Position numbers and translations under genes: made by a program. A stretch of DNA of 63,039 bases from Ichthyobacteriaceae bacterium (GTDB lineage: Bacteria; Bacteroidota; Bacteroidia; Flavobacteriales; JADGDT01), in NCBI GenBank assembly GCA_023145615.1, contig JAGLDK010000005.1, positions 1 through 63,039 on the forward strand, in the 5' to 3' direction. Below are positions 8,890-19,403 of this stretch, in pieces. Each line of letters starts with the position of its first letter. Within the stretch, counting starts at the first letter, position 1. A model generated the notes under the pieces. That model searched no databases, was not told the DNA's origin, and saw nothing but the letters and a program-made list of their open reading frames with translations.

Positions 8890-10164
8890 ATGAATGTAAT
8901 TAAGCAAGCATACGATTTGGCAAAAACTGAGTATGCAAAATTAGGAGTTGATACTGATGCAGTAATCAAAAAAATGGCTGATGTAAATGTAAGTTTACAT
9001 TGCTGGCAAACCGACGATGTTGGAGGTTTTGAAACTCCTGATGCTGAGCTTGGAGGTGGAGGAATTCAGGTTACCGGAAATTATCCTGGTAAAGCAAATT
9101 CAATAGAGGAAATGCGTGCCGATTTAGATAAATCAATGTCGTTAATTCCGGGTAAACAGCGTTTGAACTTACATGCAATTTACGGAGAGTTTCAAGGCTC
9201 GTTTGTTGATAGAGATGAGGTTGATGTTGAGCATTTTCAGGGTTGGATTGATTGGGCTAAAGAAAGAGAAATTGGTTTAGATTTTAATGCTTCTTGTTTT
9301 TCTCATCCTAAATCTAACGATGGTTTTACATTGTCGAGCAAGAATGAAGAAATACGTTTGTTTTGGGTTGAACACGTAAAGCAGTGTAGAAAAATTTCGG
9401 CAGAAATGGGTAAGCAGTTAGGTACTGCTTGTGTGCATAATATTTGGATTCCAGACGGGTCGAAAGATACTCCGGTTGATAGATCAGGGCATAGAAAGCT
9501 TTTGAAGAAATCGTTAGACGAAATTTTTGCAGTAGAATATCCAAAAGAACATATTAAAGATGCTGTTGAAAGTAAATTATTCGGAATAGGATCGGAATCG
9601 ATGGTAGTAGGTTCTCATGATTTTTACATGGGGTATGCTGTTAAAAACGAGAAATTAATTTGTTTAGATAATGGGCATTTCCATCCAACAGAGCAGGTTG
9701 GAGATAAAATATCATCTACACTAGAGTTTGTTGATGAGGTTTTGTTACACGTTACTCGTGGGGTTAGATGGGATAGTGATCATGTTGTTACTTTAAACGA
9801 TGATGTTACTATGATAGCTCAGGAAGTTGTACGTGCAAATGTTTTAGATAGAGTTAATATTGGACTTGACTTTTTTGATGCTAGTTTAAACAGAGTAGGG
9901 GCTTATGTAGTTGGAACTCGTGCAACACAAAAAGCATTTTTAATAGCTTTGTTAGAGCCAACAAAACTTATTTTAAAGTTTGAGGAAGATGCTAAGTATT
10001 TTGAAAGATTAGCAATGTTAGAAGAGATGAAAACAATGCCTTTTGGAGCAGTTTGGAATTACTATTGTGAGCAAGAAGGAGTGCCTGCAAACGGTGCTTA
10101 TATTACAGATGTACAGCAGTATGAAAAAGAAGTGCTTTTAGAAAGATCTATGGTTGAAGCATAA
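8890..10164 (+). CDS. rhaA: L-rhamnose isomerase
   Basis: 424 aa. 'VSLHCWQTDDVGGFE', 'NLHAIY' and 'DNGHFHPTE' are typical of RhaA-type isomerases. Confidence 0.8.
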   Translation: MNVIKQAYDLAKTEYAKLGVDTDAVIKKMADVNVSLHCWQTDDVGGFETPDAELGGGGIQVTGNYPGKANSIEEMRADLDKSMSLIPGKQRLNLHAIYGEFQGSFVDRDEVDVEHFQGWIDWAKEREIGLDFNASCFSHPKSNDGFTLSSKNEEIRLFWVEHVKQCRKISAEMGKQLGTACVHNIWIPDGSKDTPVDRSGHRKLLKKSLDEIFAVEYPKEHIKDAVESKLFGIGSESMVVGSHDFYMGYAVKNEKLICLDNGHFHPTEQVGDKISSTLEFVDEVLLHVTRGVRWDSDHVVTLNDDVTMIAQEVVRANVLDRVNIGLDFFDASLNRVGAYVVGTRATQKAFLIALLEPTKLILKFEEDAKYFERLAMLEEMKTMPFGAVWNYYCEQEGVPANGAYITDVQQYEKEVLLERSMVEA

Positions 10165-10187
10165 TAATTAAGTTGTTTTTTTATAAT

Positions 10188-10236
10188 AAAAAAGGGTAGA
10201 TAGTGAATGTATATATTCACTATCTACCCTTTTTTT
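10188..10236. terminator. Bidirectional terminator between convergent rhaA and engB
   Basis: A 15-bp perfect stem, GGGTAGATAGTGAAT / ATTCACTATCTACCC, flanked by an A-run and a T-run. Confidence 0.8.
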
Positions 10237-10254
10237 ATATTATTAAATAGAAGT

Positions 10255-10878
10255 TTATTTTGCTTTTCCAACAAAGTGTTCTTGATACTCAGTGTTGTAT
10301 TTTTCAATAAATTCTGATATTTCTTCTTTACCTTTTTTGCTTTCGGCAGATGTAATAAAAATCTCAGGAAGTACATCCCACTCTTGAGTAAGAGTATTTT
10401 TATACTTCATAATATTTGCATTAAGTTGCCCTAGTTTAAGCTTGTCGGATTTTGTAAACACAATACTAAACGGAATACCTTTTTCGCCAAGCCATCTCAT
10501 AAACTCTAAGTCTATTTTTTGAGCATCGTGTCTCGAGTCGATTAGTACAAATAAATTAACTAAGTTTTTTCTGTTAGTAATATATTCGGTAATTATTTTA
10601 CCAAAACTTCTTCTTAACGACTTAGAAACCTGAGCATATCCATAACCAGGTAAATCAACTAAAAACCAATGATTATCAATTAAGAAATGATTTATCAACT
10701 GAGTTTTTCCAGGCTTACCAGAAGTTTTAGCTAATTTTTTGTTATTAGTCAGCATGTTAATTAACGATGATTTACCAACATTAGATCTGCCAATAAATGC
10801 GTATTCAAGTCTGTTTTCTGTTGGACATTTATTCCAATCAGTGTTACTTATAACAAAAGATGAGCTATGTATTTCCAT
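10255..10878 (-). CDS. engB: Ribosome-biogenesis GTPase EngB/YihA/YsxC
   Basis: 207 aa with G1 '[12 protein letters not shown]', G3 'DLPGYG' and G4 'TKSDK'. Confidence 0.85.
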   Translation of the reverse strand: MEIHSSSFVISNTDWNKCPTENRLEYAFIGRSNVGKSSLINMLTNNKKLAKTSGKPGKTQLINHFLIDNHWFLVDLPGYGYAQVSKSLRRSFGKIITEYITNRKNLVNLFVLIDSRHDAQKIDLEFMRWLGEKGIPFSIVFTKSDKLKLGQLNANIMKYKNTLTQEWDVLPEIFITSAESKKGKEEISEFIEKYNTEYQEHFVGKAK

Positions 10879-10879
10879 T

Positions 10880-11644
10880 TTATTTAAATGTTTTATTCAT
10901 CCAAGCATCTAAAATTCTATTGAATTCTTCGGGACGTTCTTGCATAGCAGAATGTCCACATTTTTCTACCCAATGTAATTCGGAATTAGGCATAAGTTTA
11001 TCAAATTCTTTAGCTACTTCTGGAGGAGTTACTGTATCGCTGTCTCCCCAAATTAAACAAGTAGGAAGATTCATTTTAGTGATGTCTTTAGCCATATTAT
11101 GTCTGATTGCACTTTTTGCAATAGACAATATTCTGATGGCTTTGTTACGGTCGTTAACAGTGTCGTATATTTCGTCAACAAGCTCTTTAGTAGCCATTTT
11201 CGGATCGTAAAATACTTCTTCTGTTTTGGTTTTGATGTAGTCGTAGTCGCCTCTTTTAGGATAAGTATCGCCCATTGAATTTTCGTATAAACCAGAACTT
11301 CCGGTTAATACCATTCCTCTAATTTTTTCAGGGTGATTTTTAGCAAACAACAATGCAATGTGTCCGCCTAGTGAGTTTCCTACAATAACTACGTTTTCAA
11401 GATTAAGGTAATCAATTAAATCATTAACATGATTTGTAAGATTCTTAACGTTGGTTTTTAGTAAAGGTAAGTTGTATATTGGTAATTCTGGAGCTATTAC
11501 TCTGTAGCCATCTTTAGAAAGATTTTCTATTACGGCATCGAAGTTACTTAAGCCTCCCATTAATCCATGTAATAGAATTATAGGTTGTCCTTCTCCTTTG
11601 TCGATGAATTTAAAATTTTCTTCTTTTTTCTTTTTGAAAAACAT
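10880..11644 (-). CDS. Alpha/beta-fold hydrolase
   Basis: 254 aa with 'LLHGLMGG' and the nucleophile elbow 'GNSLGG'. It lies 1 nt upstream of engB on the same strand. Confidence 0.7.
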   Translation of the reverse strand: MFFKKKKEENFKFIDKGEGQPIILLHGLMGGLSNFDAVIENLSKDGYRVIAPELPIYNLPLLKTNVKNLTNHVNDLIDYLNLENVVIVGNSLGGHIALLFAKNHPEKIRGMVLTGSSGLYENSMGDTYPKRGDYDYIKTKTEEVFYDPKMATKELVDEIYDTVNDRNKAIRILSIAKSAIRHNMAKDITKMNLPTCLIWGDSDTVTPPEVAKEFDKLMPNSELHWVEKCGHSAMQERPEEFNRILDAWMNKTFK

Positions 11645-11867
11645 ATAGATGTTGGTTTACATAATATGGCAAAAGTATAAATATTGTAATCAAAATCTAA
11701 TATTTTATAACACTCTTTCAAATTTAAAAACTGATTTAGGTCTTTTGTATATTTAAATAGACTAAAATCAGTTTTTTAACTGAATGTAATTGTGTAAAAG
11801 ACTAAGAGTACTAATTACGTAAAACTTTAATTTAAAGAAGAAATAATAGGACTAACGATGTTTTATA

Positions 11868-12074
11868 TTAGTTTATTGCTTCAATACTTTCGAAAAATTT
11901 ATTTTCAAGCTCAATGTACTCATTATTATTAATGCTTAAATCTACTCTTTTCGATAAAAGTAAATTCATTGTATATCTAATTACTTCAACTCTGTTGTAT
12001 CCTAACTCTAATAAATCAGCTGTGTAATCAATAATACTTTTATATATAGATAATATATTGTTGTTCGTGTTCAT
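11868..12074 (-). CDS. Hypothetical small protein (68 aa)
   Basis: Only an ORF, with no recognisable motif. Confidence 0.3.
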   Translation of the reverse strand: MNTNNNILSIYKSIIDYTADLLELGYNRVEVIRYTMNLLLSKRVDLSINNNEYIELENKFFESIEAIN

Positions 12075-12283
12075 AATAGTGGTCGGTTTATGTTTTTTAT
12101 TTGACTTTTCAAATATTAGTAATATTTTATTATGGACGCATACAATCTGATAAAGTGCGTTATTTTAAGACGAAGTGGCGATTTATTAAATCAAACGCAT
12201 TGTTTTTGATTTCGATATACTTGAAAATTACGCACTTGTGTCTATTATTTAGGTTTATGTTTTGAGTTGTGTTAATTAGTTTG

Positions 12284-12291
12284 TATATTTG
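12284..12291 (+). promoter_or_regulatory. Bacteroidota-type -7 promoter box TATATTTG upstream of rimP
   Basis: An exact TAnnTTTG match 59 nt upstream of the rimP ATG. Confidence 0.45.
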
Positions 12292-12310
12292 CGCTGAAAT
12301 TTAAAAGGAA

Positions 12311-12339
12311 GAGAGGGGGCAATAAGTCCCCTCTTTTTA
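12311..12339 (+). promoter_or_regulatory. Terminator-like leader hairpin (possible attenuator) before rimP-nusA-infB
   Basis: AGAGGGG-N9-CCCCTCT followed by TTTTT, ending 10 nt before the rimP ATG. No upstream + strand gene is present that it could terminate. Confidence 0.5.
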
Positions 12340-12349
12340 TACCAATTTT

Positions 12350-12817
12350 ATGGATAAAGATAAAGTAAAGTACTTGCTCACAGAGGCCTTAGGGCGTAAC
12401 GAAGAGCTATTTTTAGTTAGTTTTGATATTAGTACAGCAAATCAAATTTTTGTTGTTATTGATGGAGATAATGGCGTTCCAGTAAGCGAATGCATAAGAA
12501 TTAGCCGTAGTATTGAGCAAAACCTTGATAGAGAAGAAGGAGATTTTTCTTTAGAGGTTGCTACTTTTGATGTTGCTCATTCGTTAATACTGCCTCGACA
12601 GTACGAAAAGAATGTTGGAAGAAAGTTGAAAATCAAAACTATTGAAAACGAAAAGTTCGAAGGAGATTTGATTTCATTTTCGGAAGAAGATGGAGTGTTG
12701 TTGAAATGGAAAGAAAGAGTTCCTAAAACACTTGGTAAAGGCAAAGTAACTGTAGAGAAAGAGCAAGCATTTAGCCTTGACTCTATAAAAGAAGCAAAAG
12801 TTGTTATTATATTTTAA
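12350..12817 (+). CDS. rimP: Ribosome maturation factor RimP
   Basis: 155 aa lying directly upstream of nusA-infB, which is the conserved rimP-nusA-infB synteny. Confidence 0.75.
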   Translation: MDKDKVKYLLTEALGRNEELFLVSFDISTANQIFVVIDGDNGVPVSECIRISRSIEQNLDREEGDFSLEVATFDVAHSLILPRQYEKNVGRKLKIKTIENEKFEGDLISFSEEDGVLLKWKERVPKTLGKGKVTVEKEQAFSLDSIKEAKVVIIF

Positions 12818-12826
12818 AGTTAGATA

Positions 12827-14065
12827 ATGGATAATCGCGAATTAATTGAATCGTTTTCTGAATTTAAATCATCAAAAAACATCGATCGTGTTACGTTGAT
12901 GTCAATCTTAGAAGAAGTTTTTAGGGCTGCATTAAATAAGAAATATGGTTCAGACGATAACTTCGACATTATTGTAAATCCTGATAAAGGGGATTTAGAA
13001 ATATGGAGAAATCGTATTGTTGTAGAGGATGGTTTTGAGGAAGATGATAATGAAGAGATAACTTTATCTGAAGCACGCAGAATTGAACCTGATTTTGAAG
13101 TTGGGGAGGAAGTTTCTGAGGAAGTTAAGATTATGGATTTAGGACGTAGAGTTATTTTATCTCTAGGTCAGAATCTACGTTCTCGTATTCAGGAACATGA
13201 CAGTACAATTTTGTACAAGAAGTTTAAGGAGAAAGTTGGTGATTTGGTTTCAGGCGAAATACACCATGTACGTCCTAATGTAGTTATAATTATTGATGAC
13301 GAGGGGGTTGAGATGATACTACCTAAGGATCAACAAATACCATCAGATTATTTCCGTAAAGGAGAAAATATTAAGGCGGTATTAAAGGATGTAGAACTTA
13401 AGGGTACTAAACCACAAATTATAATTTCACGTACATCTCCATTATTCTTAGAGAGATTATTTGAACAAGAAATTCCTGAAGTTGCTGACGGTTTAATTAC
13501 TGTAAAGGGTGTTGTTAGAATACCTGGAGAAAAAGCAAAAGTGGCTGTAGAGTCTTACGACGAACGTATTGATCCGGTAGGAGCATGTGTTGGTATGAAA
13601 GGTGCTAGAATACACGGAATTGTTCGAGAGCTTGGAAATGAAAATATTGATGTTATTAATTATACAAATAATTTAAATTTGTATATAACTAGAGCATTGA
13701 ATCCAGCTAAAGTTTCTAAGATAGAAATTAAAGAAGAAGAGAAAAAGGCGGAAGTTTGGGTAGACCCAGAAGAAGTGTCGAAAGCCATTGGACGAGGCGG
13801 AAGTAACATTAGGTTAGCAGGACAGTTAGTTGGTTATGAAATTGATGTTTTCAGAGATATAAAATTACAAGATGAAGACGTTGAATTACGTGAGTTCTCA
13901 GATGAAATTGAGGCTTGGGTAATTGATGAATTTTATAAAATTGGCGCTGACACTGCTAAAAACGTATTAGCTCTTAGTGTTGAAGAATTAGTAAGACGAA
14001 CTGATTTAGAAGAAGAAACGATTCAGCATGTAAAAGGAATTTTAAGTTCTGAATTTGATAACTAA
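12827..14065 (+). CDS. nusA: Transcription termination/antitermination factor NusA
   Basis: 412 aa with an S1 region and two KH GXXG motifs, 'GACVGMKGARI' and 'AIGRGGSNIRLA'. Confidence 0.9.
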   Translation: MDNRELIESFSEFKSSKNIDRVTLMSILEEVFRAALNKKYGSDDNFDIIVNPDKGDLEIWRNRIVVEDGFEEDDNEEITLSEARRIEPDFEVGEEVSEEVKIMDLGRRVILSLGQNLRSRIQEHDSTILYKKFKEKVGDLVSGEIHHVRPNVVIIIDDEGVEMILPKDQQIPSDYFRKGENIKAVLKDVELKGTKPQIIISRTSPLFLERLFEQEIPEVADGLITVKGVVRIPGEKAKVAVESYDERIDPVGACVGMKGARIHGIVRELGNENIDVINYTNNLNLYITRALNPAKVSKIEIKEEEKKAEVWVDPEEVSKAIGRGGSNIRLAGQLVGYEIDVFRDIKLQDEDVELREFSDEIEAWVIDEFYKIGADTAKNVLALSVEELVRRTDLEEETIQHVKGILSSEFDN

Positions 14066-14129
14066 TTCTCGTTATTATTTAATGAGAAGTATTGTAGATT
14101 AAGCAAGAAAAAATAGATTGAATTAATAT

Positions 14130-16955
14130 ATGTCAGACGGTAAAAAAATAAGACTCTCTAAAGCTTTAAAGGAGCTAAATATATCTAAAGAAAGAGCTGT
14201 TGAGTTCTTGACAAAGAAAGATATTAAGCTTGAATCAGGGAATCCCAATCAAAAGATTGATGGAAGTGTTTACGATGTGCTTCTAAATGGTTTTCAGGCT
14301 GATAAAAGCAAAAAGCAAGAGTCTAAAGAAGTAGGAGAGGAAAAACGTCGTGAAAAAGAAGCTATTCGTACCGAAAGAGATCACGAGCAGCAATTAAAAA
14401 AGGAAAAGCTGGATAAAGAAAAGCAAACTGCTAAACTTGAAAAAGAAGCAACCGCTAAGCAGAAAGCAAATTCCGAAGAACAAGAGCGTAAGAAGTTGAT
14501 GTCTGAAATGCAGAAAAAACAGCAGGAAGAGGAAGTTGTAAAAGGTAAGGCCAAGAAAGTACAAGGACCAAAAACTGTAGGTAAAATTGAATTAGACGCA
14601 AACAAGTCTAAGCCAAAAACCGAAATTGAAAAAGTTAGTGCTCAGGCAGTAATTAAGCAAAATGTTTCTTCGAAAGAAAAAGAAGCAGAAAAGCCTAAGG
14701 AGAAAGAAGCTACAGCTGATAGTGCTGAGAAGCTTACTACTAATTATGCTAAGCTTTCGGGACCTAAACTTACAGGACAAAAAATTGATTTATCTCAATT
14801 TAATAAGCCTAAAAAGAAGGATCCTAAAAAGGACGATAAGAACAAAAAACGTCCTCGTAAACGTATTAATAAAAAGGTTGATCCAAATAAACCTGCTGGT
14901 CAGGGACAAGGTGGAGCAGCTAAAAAGCCAAATGGAGGCGGCGGAGTAGGTCGTCCTATTGGTAGTGGCGGCGGAGTAGGTCGTCCACAAGCAGGAAGAA
15001 AGAATTTCAAAAAAGCGGGTCCACGTACACCAATTGTAAAAGCTGAACCAACTGAAGCAGAAATTTCTAAACAAATAAAAGATACTTTAGATAAGTTAAC
15101 TAATAAAGGATCTAAAGGAGCTAAGGGTGCTAAGTATCGTCGTCAGAAACGTGATGTACGTAGAGAGCAAACTGATGCTGAAATAGCAAAGCAGGAAGCT
15201 GAAAAAAGCGTATTGAAAGTAACAGAGTTTGTTACAGTAATGGAGCTTGCTACCATGATGGATATTTCTATCAACCAGGTTATATCATCTTGTATGAGTC
15301 TTGGTATTATGGTAACAATGAACCAGCGTTTGGATGCAGAAACTCTTTCGATAGTTGCTGAAGAATTTGGTTTCGAAACTGAATTTGTAAGTGCAGAACT
15401 TGAAGAGTCGATTGTTGAAGTAGAAGATAAAGAAGAAGATTTAAAGAATCGTGCACCTATTGTAACAGTAATGGGACACGTTGATCATGGTAAAACTTCG
15501 TTATTGGATTACGTTCGTAATGCAAATGTTATTGCTGGAGAGTCTGGAGGTATTACACAGCATATTGGTGCTTATGGAGTTAAGTTAGAAAGTGGTCAAA
15601 GAATTACTTTCCTTGATACTCCTGGTCACGAGGCCTTTACTGCAATGCGTGCTCGTGGTGCTAAAGTTACCGACGTTGCAATTATTGTAATTGCTGCCGA
15701 TGATGATGTGATGCCACAAACAAAGGAAGCAATATCTCACGCACAAGCTGCTGGAGTTCCTATTGTATTTGCAATAAACAAGGTTGATAAACCTCATGCA
15801 AATCCTGATAATATTAAAAATCAGTTATCACAAATGAACTTGTTGATTGAAGAATGGGGTGGGAAAATACAGTCTCATGAAATTTCAGCTAAAACAGGTC
15901 AGGGTGTTACTGAATTAATGGAGAAAGTTCTTTTGGAAGCAGAAATGCTTGACTTAAAAGCTAACCCAGAAAAATCTGCTGTAGGTAATGTTGTTGAAGC
16001 ATCTTTAGATAAAGGTCGTGGATATGTGTCTACAATTCTTGTACAAGCTGGTACATTACGAATTGGAGATTATATGTTAGCCGGTAAAAATTCGGGTAAA
16101 GTTAAGGCGATGTTTGATGAACGTGGTAAAAACGTTTTGGTTGCAGGTCCTTCAACTCCGGTTTCAGTACTTGGTTTAGATGGTGCACCACAAGCAGGTG
16201 ATAAATTTAATATATTTGACGACGAAAGAGAGGCTAAACAAATTGCAGCTCGTAGAACTCAATTACAACGTGAGCAAAGTGTAAGAACTCAGAAACATAT
16301 TACACTTGATGAAATTGGTCGTCGTATTGCTATTGGAGATTTCCAAGAGTTGAATATTATACTTAAGGGTGACGTTGATGGTTCGGTTGAAGCATTATCT
16401 GCATCATTACAGAAATTATCAACAGACGAAATACACGTTAATATTATACATAAAGGTGTTGGACAAATTACAGAATCGGATGTGTTATTAGCTACGGCTT
16501 CTGATGCAATTATTATCGGATTCCAAGTGCGCCCTTCAGGTAATGCTAGAGTTATTGCTGATAGAGAAAGTATTGATATACGTACTTACTCAATTATTTA
16601 TGATGCAATTAATGAAGTAAAAGATGCAATGGAAGGTATGCTTTCTCCAGAAATGAAGGAAGAAGTTACTGGTAACATCGAAGTACGTGAGACATTCAAA
16701 ATATCGAAAGTTGGTACTATTGCTGGTTGTATGGTAATTAGTGGTAAAGTATTCCGTAATAGTAATATCCGTATTATACGTGATGGTATTGTTGCTCACA
16801 CAGGAACATTAGGTTCTTTAAAACGTTACAAAGATGACGTTAAAGAAGTAGCTAAAGGTTACGAGTGTGGATTGAATATTGAGAAATACAATGATATTAG
16901 AGTTGGAGATATAATTGAAGCTTATCAAGAAGTAGAGGTTAAGAAAAAACTTTAA
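14130..16955 (+). CDS. infB: Translation initiation factor IF-2
   Basis: 941 aa with G1 '[12 protein letters not shown]', G3 'DTPGHEAF' and G4 'NKVDK'. The N-terminal region is K/E-rich and low in complexity. Confidence 0.95.
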   Translation: MSDGKKIRLSKALKELNISKERAVEFLTKKDIKLESGNPNQKIDGSVYDVLLNGFQADKSKKQESKEVGEEKRREKEAIRTERDHEQQLKKEKLDKEKQTAKLEKEATAKQKANSEEQERKKLMSEMQKKQQEEEVVKGKAKKVQGPKTVGKIELDANKSKPKTEIEKVSAQAVIKQNVSSKEKEAEKPKEKEATADSAEKLTTNYAKLSGPKLTGQKIDLSQFNKPKKKDPKKDDKNKKRPRKRINKKVDPNKPAGQGQGGAAKKPNGGGGVGRPIGSGGGVGRPQAGRKNFKKAGPRTPIVKAEPTEAEISKQIKDTLDKLTNKGSKGAKGAKYRRQKRDVRREQTDAEIAKQEAEKSVLKVTEFVTVMELATMMDISINQVISSCMSLGIMVTMNQRLDAETLSIVAEEFGFETEFVSAELEESIVEVEDKEEDLKNRAPIVTVMGHVDHGKTSLLDYVRNANVIAGESGGITQHIGAYGVKLESGQRITFLDTPGHEAFTAMRARGAKVTDVAIIVIAADDDVMPQTKEAISHAQAAGVPIVFAINKVDKPHANPDNIKNQLSQMNLLIEEWGGKIQSHEISAKTGQGVTELMEKVLLEAEMLDLKANPEKSAVGNVVEASLDKGRGYVSTILVQAGTLRIGDYMLAGKNSGKVKAMFDERGKNVLVAGPSTPVSVLGLDGAPQAGDKFNIFDDEREAKQIAARRTQLQREQSVRTQKHITLDEIGRRIAIGDFQELNIILKGDVDGSVEALSASLQKLSTDEIHVNIIHKGVGQITESDVLLATASDAIIIGFQVRPSGNARVIADRESIDIRTYSIIYDAINEVKDAMEGMLSPEMKEEVTGNIEVRETFKISKVGTIAGCMVISGKVFRNSNIRIIRDGIVAHTGTLGSLKRYKDDVKEVAKGYECGLNIEKYNDIRVGDIIEAYQEVEVKKKL

Positions 16956-16972
16956 TTGAATAGTTTATACAT

Positions 16973-17003
16973 AAAAAAAGACCGCTTTTAGCGGTCTTTT
17001 TTT
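16973..17003. terminator. Bidirectional terminator after infB
   Basis: AAAAAAA-GACCGC-TTTTA-GCGGTC-TTTTTTT. Confidence 0.8.
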
Positions 17004-17064
17004 ATGTATAATTTTTAGTAAATACTTTATAATTCAACACTTTGTTGAATTATAAATTTAATAT

Positions 17065-17148
17065 GGTTCTTTGATGAATCCCATGATTTTATAAATCGTT
17101 ATAATTGATATAGCGTTATTACTATTTTTCTTGATTTGTCAAATAACC
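17065..17148 (+). mobile_element. MITE-like element, short copy (family 'GGTTCTCTGACAAAT')
   Basis: The ends are GGTTCTTTGATGAATC and GATTTGTCAAATAACC (inverted). It is flanked by TTTAATAT and TTTAGTAT, which match at 7 of 8 positions as a direct repeat. Confidence 0.6.
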
Positions 17149-17157
17149 TTTAGTATT

Positions 17158-17877
17158 CTAAAAATCTCTTACAGAAAATACCACATTTTTAAATAATTCG
17201 GGGTTGTCAATTACCAACTTTAATTTGATAGCCACATATTCCGGACTATATAATTCATCATTGTTGTAATAATCTTTAAATTTCTGAACTGAATTAAAAT
17301 CATTCTTTTTAGTTTCTCTTATCGACTGTTGCATTTTTGTTTTTACAACGCCTGGTGCAATAGAATATACCTTTATATGATGTTGTTTTTTTAATGCAAT
17401 TTCAGTATTTAGAGTTTCTGTATATAAGTCTAAACCTGATTTAGAAGCACAATATGTACTCCAACCGTCAACGGCTCTTTTGCCTGCTCCTGAGCTAATA
17501 TTTATTATTTTAATTGGTAATTTCTTGTCAGCAAATTCATTAATGAATTTGTTAGTTAATATGCTTGGAGATACTAGATTTACATTGTATAGATTAGCTA
17601 TATCTTGGTTGTTTTGATTTCCTATATGAGCAATTGGCTCTATTATTCCTGCATTATTAATCAATATGTAACTGTTGCAATTTTCATAATGTTTAAACTT
17701 GAAATCAATTAAGTTTTCGGGCTTCGATAAATCAAAATTTACGTGTGTGTAATTTGCATGTGTAATAGTTTTTGTTCGGCTAATTCCTACTACTTTGTAA
17801 TTATTACTGCTTAGTAATAGCAAAGCTGTTGCTTTTCCAATTCCGCTGCTTGCTCCAGTTATATACGCTACTTTCAT
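17158..17877 (-). CDS. Short-chain dehydrogenase/reductase (SDR)
   Basis: 239 aa with 'ITGASSGIGKA' (TGxxxGxG) and the 'YCASK' (YxxxK) catalytic motif. Confidence 0.75.
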   Translation of the reverse strand: MKVAYITGASSGIGKATALLLLSSNNYKVVGISRTKTITHANYTHVNFDLSKPENLIDFKFKHYENCNSYILINNAGIIEPIAHIGNQNNQDIANLYNVNLVSPSILTNKFINEFADKKLPIKIINISSGAGKRAVDGWSTYCASKSGLDLYTETLNTEIALKKQHHIKVYSIAPGVVKTKMQQSIRETKKNDFNSVQKFKDYYNNDELYSPEYVAIKLKLVIDNPELFKNVVFSVRDF

Positions 17878-18223
17878 TCTATTCGTTTATTTTAATAAAT
17901 ATATTCTATCCAAATTCCTCAATTAAATCATTCTTTTTCAATAATAGTATCGCCTTTAGATATACCTATGACATGATGAATATTTACTGTTTTCAATTTT
18001 TCTTTGCAAGTTTATGTGCAATTGTGGTTTCAAATCTTTTTATGCCGATTACGGCAAAACGTGGTTTGTTTTTTATTTTAAATTTTCAGATTTCAATCCA
18101 GTTAATTATTTAGTTGAAAAAAATGAAACACTAAATTACAAACAAATAACTGTCTTTGAATGTGTTTTAAATAGTTTTGAAAGGATTTAAATAGTATTAT
18201 TGCCAACATATAAATAATATATT

Positions 18224-19039
18224 ATGAATCAAATCATTTCGGCTTCAATAGTTGTATATAATACTAAAGTAGATGTTTTAGAAGAAAGTATTTTGAGTTA
18301 TTTAAACTCGGATGTTACTGGCGATTTATGGATTATTGATAACTCACCTTTGGGTGATTTTTCTTATTTATCAAGCAAGTTTAATGAAATAAAATATATT
18401 AAAACTGATGATAATTTGGGCTATGGAAGAGCGCATAATATTGCATTGAAATATTTTGCAAATAAAACCACTTATCATTTAGTTTTAAACCCCGATGTGT
18501 CTTTTAATAGCAATGTTATTTCGGGTTTGATTAATTATATGAATAGCAATATTAATGTAGGACTTGTTGCTCCAAAAGCTCTTTACCCCGATGGTTCTTC
18601 TCAGAGTAATGGAAGGTTGATTCCTAGTCCGAAAGATTTAATTATGCGTAGATTTTTCGGAGTTCATAAAAAAGATAATAAATCAAACAATATTTATGAG
18701 TTAAATTTTAATCAAACCGAACCTTATTTAGCACCTGTTATTTTGGGTAGTTTTATGCTTTTTAGAAATAGTAGTGTTTCTGAAATAAACTTCTTTGATG
18801 AACGTTTCTTTTTGTATCCTGAAGATATTGATATTTCGAGAAGGATTTTTGAAAAATACAATTGCGTAATCAATACTAATTACACTTTTATTCATCATCA
18901 TGCTCAAGATTCATACTTTAGTTTTAGTACTTTGAAAGTGCATATTGCCGAAATGTTTAAATATTTTGGTAAATGGGGGTGGTTTAACGATGAACTTAGA
19001 ATGTTGTTAAATGAAAAGGCATTAAATAATAAATATTAA
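18224..19039 (+). CDS. Glycosyltransferase family 2
   Basis: 271 aa with 'SASIVVYNT', 'WIIDNSP' and 'YPEDIDIS', as in rhamnosyl/GT2 transferases. Confidence 0.7.
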   Translation: MNQIISASIVVYNTKVDVLEESILSYLNSDVTGDLWIIDNSPLGDFSYLSSKFNEIKYIKTDDNLGYGRAHNIALKYFANKTTYHLVLNPDVSFNSNVISGLINYMNSNINVGLVAPKALYPDGSSQSNGRLIPSPKDLIMRRFFGVHKKDNKSNNIYELNFNQTEPYLAPVILGSFMLFRNSSVSEINFFDERFFLYPEDIDISRRIFEKYNCVINTNYTFIHHHAQDSYFSFSTLKVHIAEMFKYFGKWGWFNDELRMLLNEKALNNKY

Positions 19040-19403
19040 ATTGTTCATGTAAAAACTTAAATAATAATTTGATAATCAATTAATAAGTATTTTTATTGAC
19101 ATTATAATAATTATATAATTCATATTATTTCCAATTAATTTGGATGCTATTTTATCTGAAAAGTACAATGGTTTAGTCACGGTTTTATGTTAATTACTTT
19201 GGAGAATTTACCTGAAAGTTTTATATAAAATAGTGCTTTTATTGATATAATATTATATATTCGACAAATAAATCTTTACTATTTTTAATGGAATGCAATT
19301 GTCAAAGAGAAACATAAAGCCTAATATATTTAATAATAGATCTCAAATGCGAGTGGTTTACTTAAACCATGAAACATCTGTAGGTTTTAAAATAAATATA
19401 TCT

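Noticed and set aside
17829-18113. 94-aa ORF in the SDR / GT2 divergent intergenic region, and the 64-aa ORF at 47488-47682
   Set aside because: Their translations are hydrophobic and low-complexity, derived from AT-rich promoter DNA, with no motif. They overlap the 5' end of the SDR gene or sit in a repeat-rich spacer.
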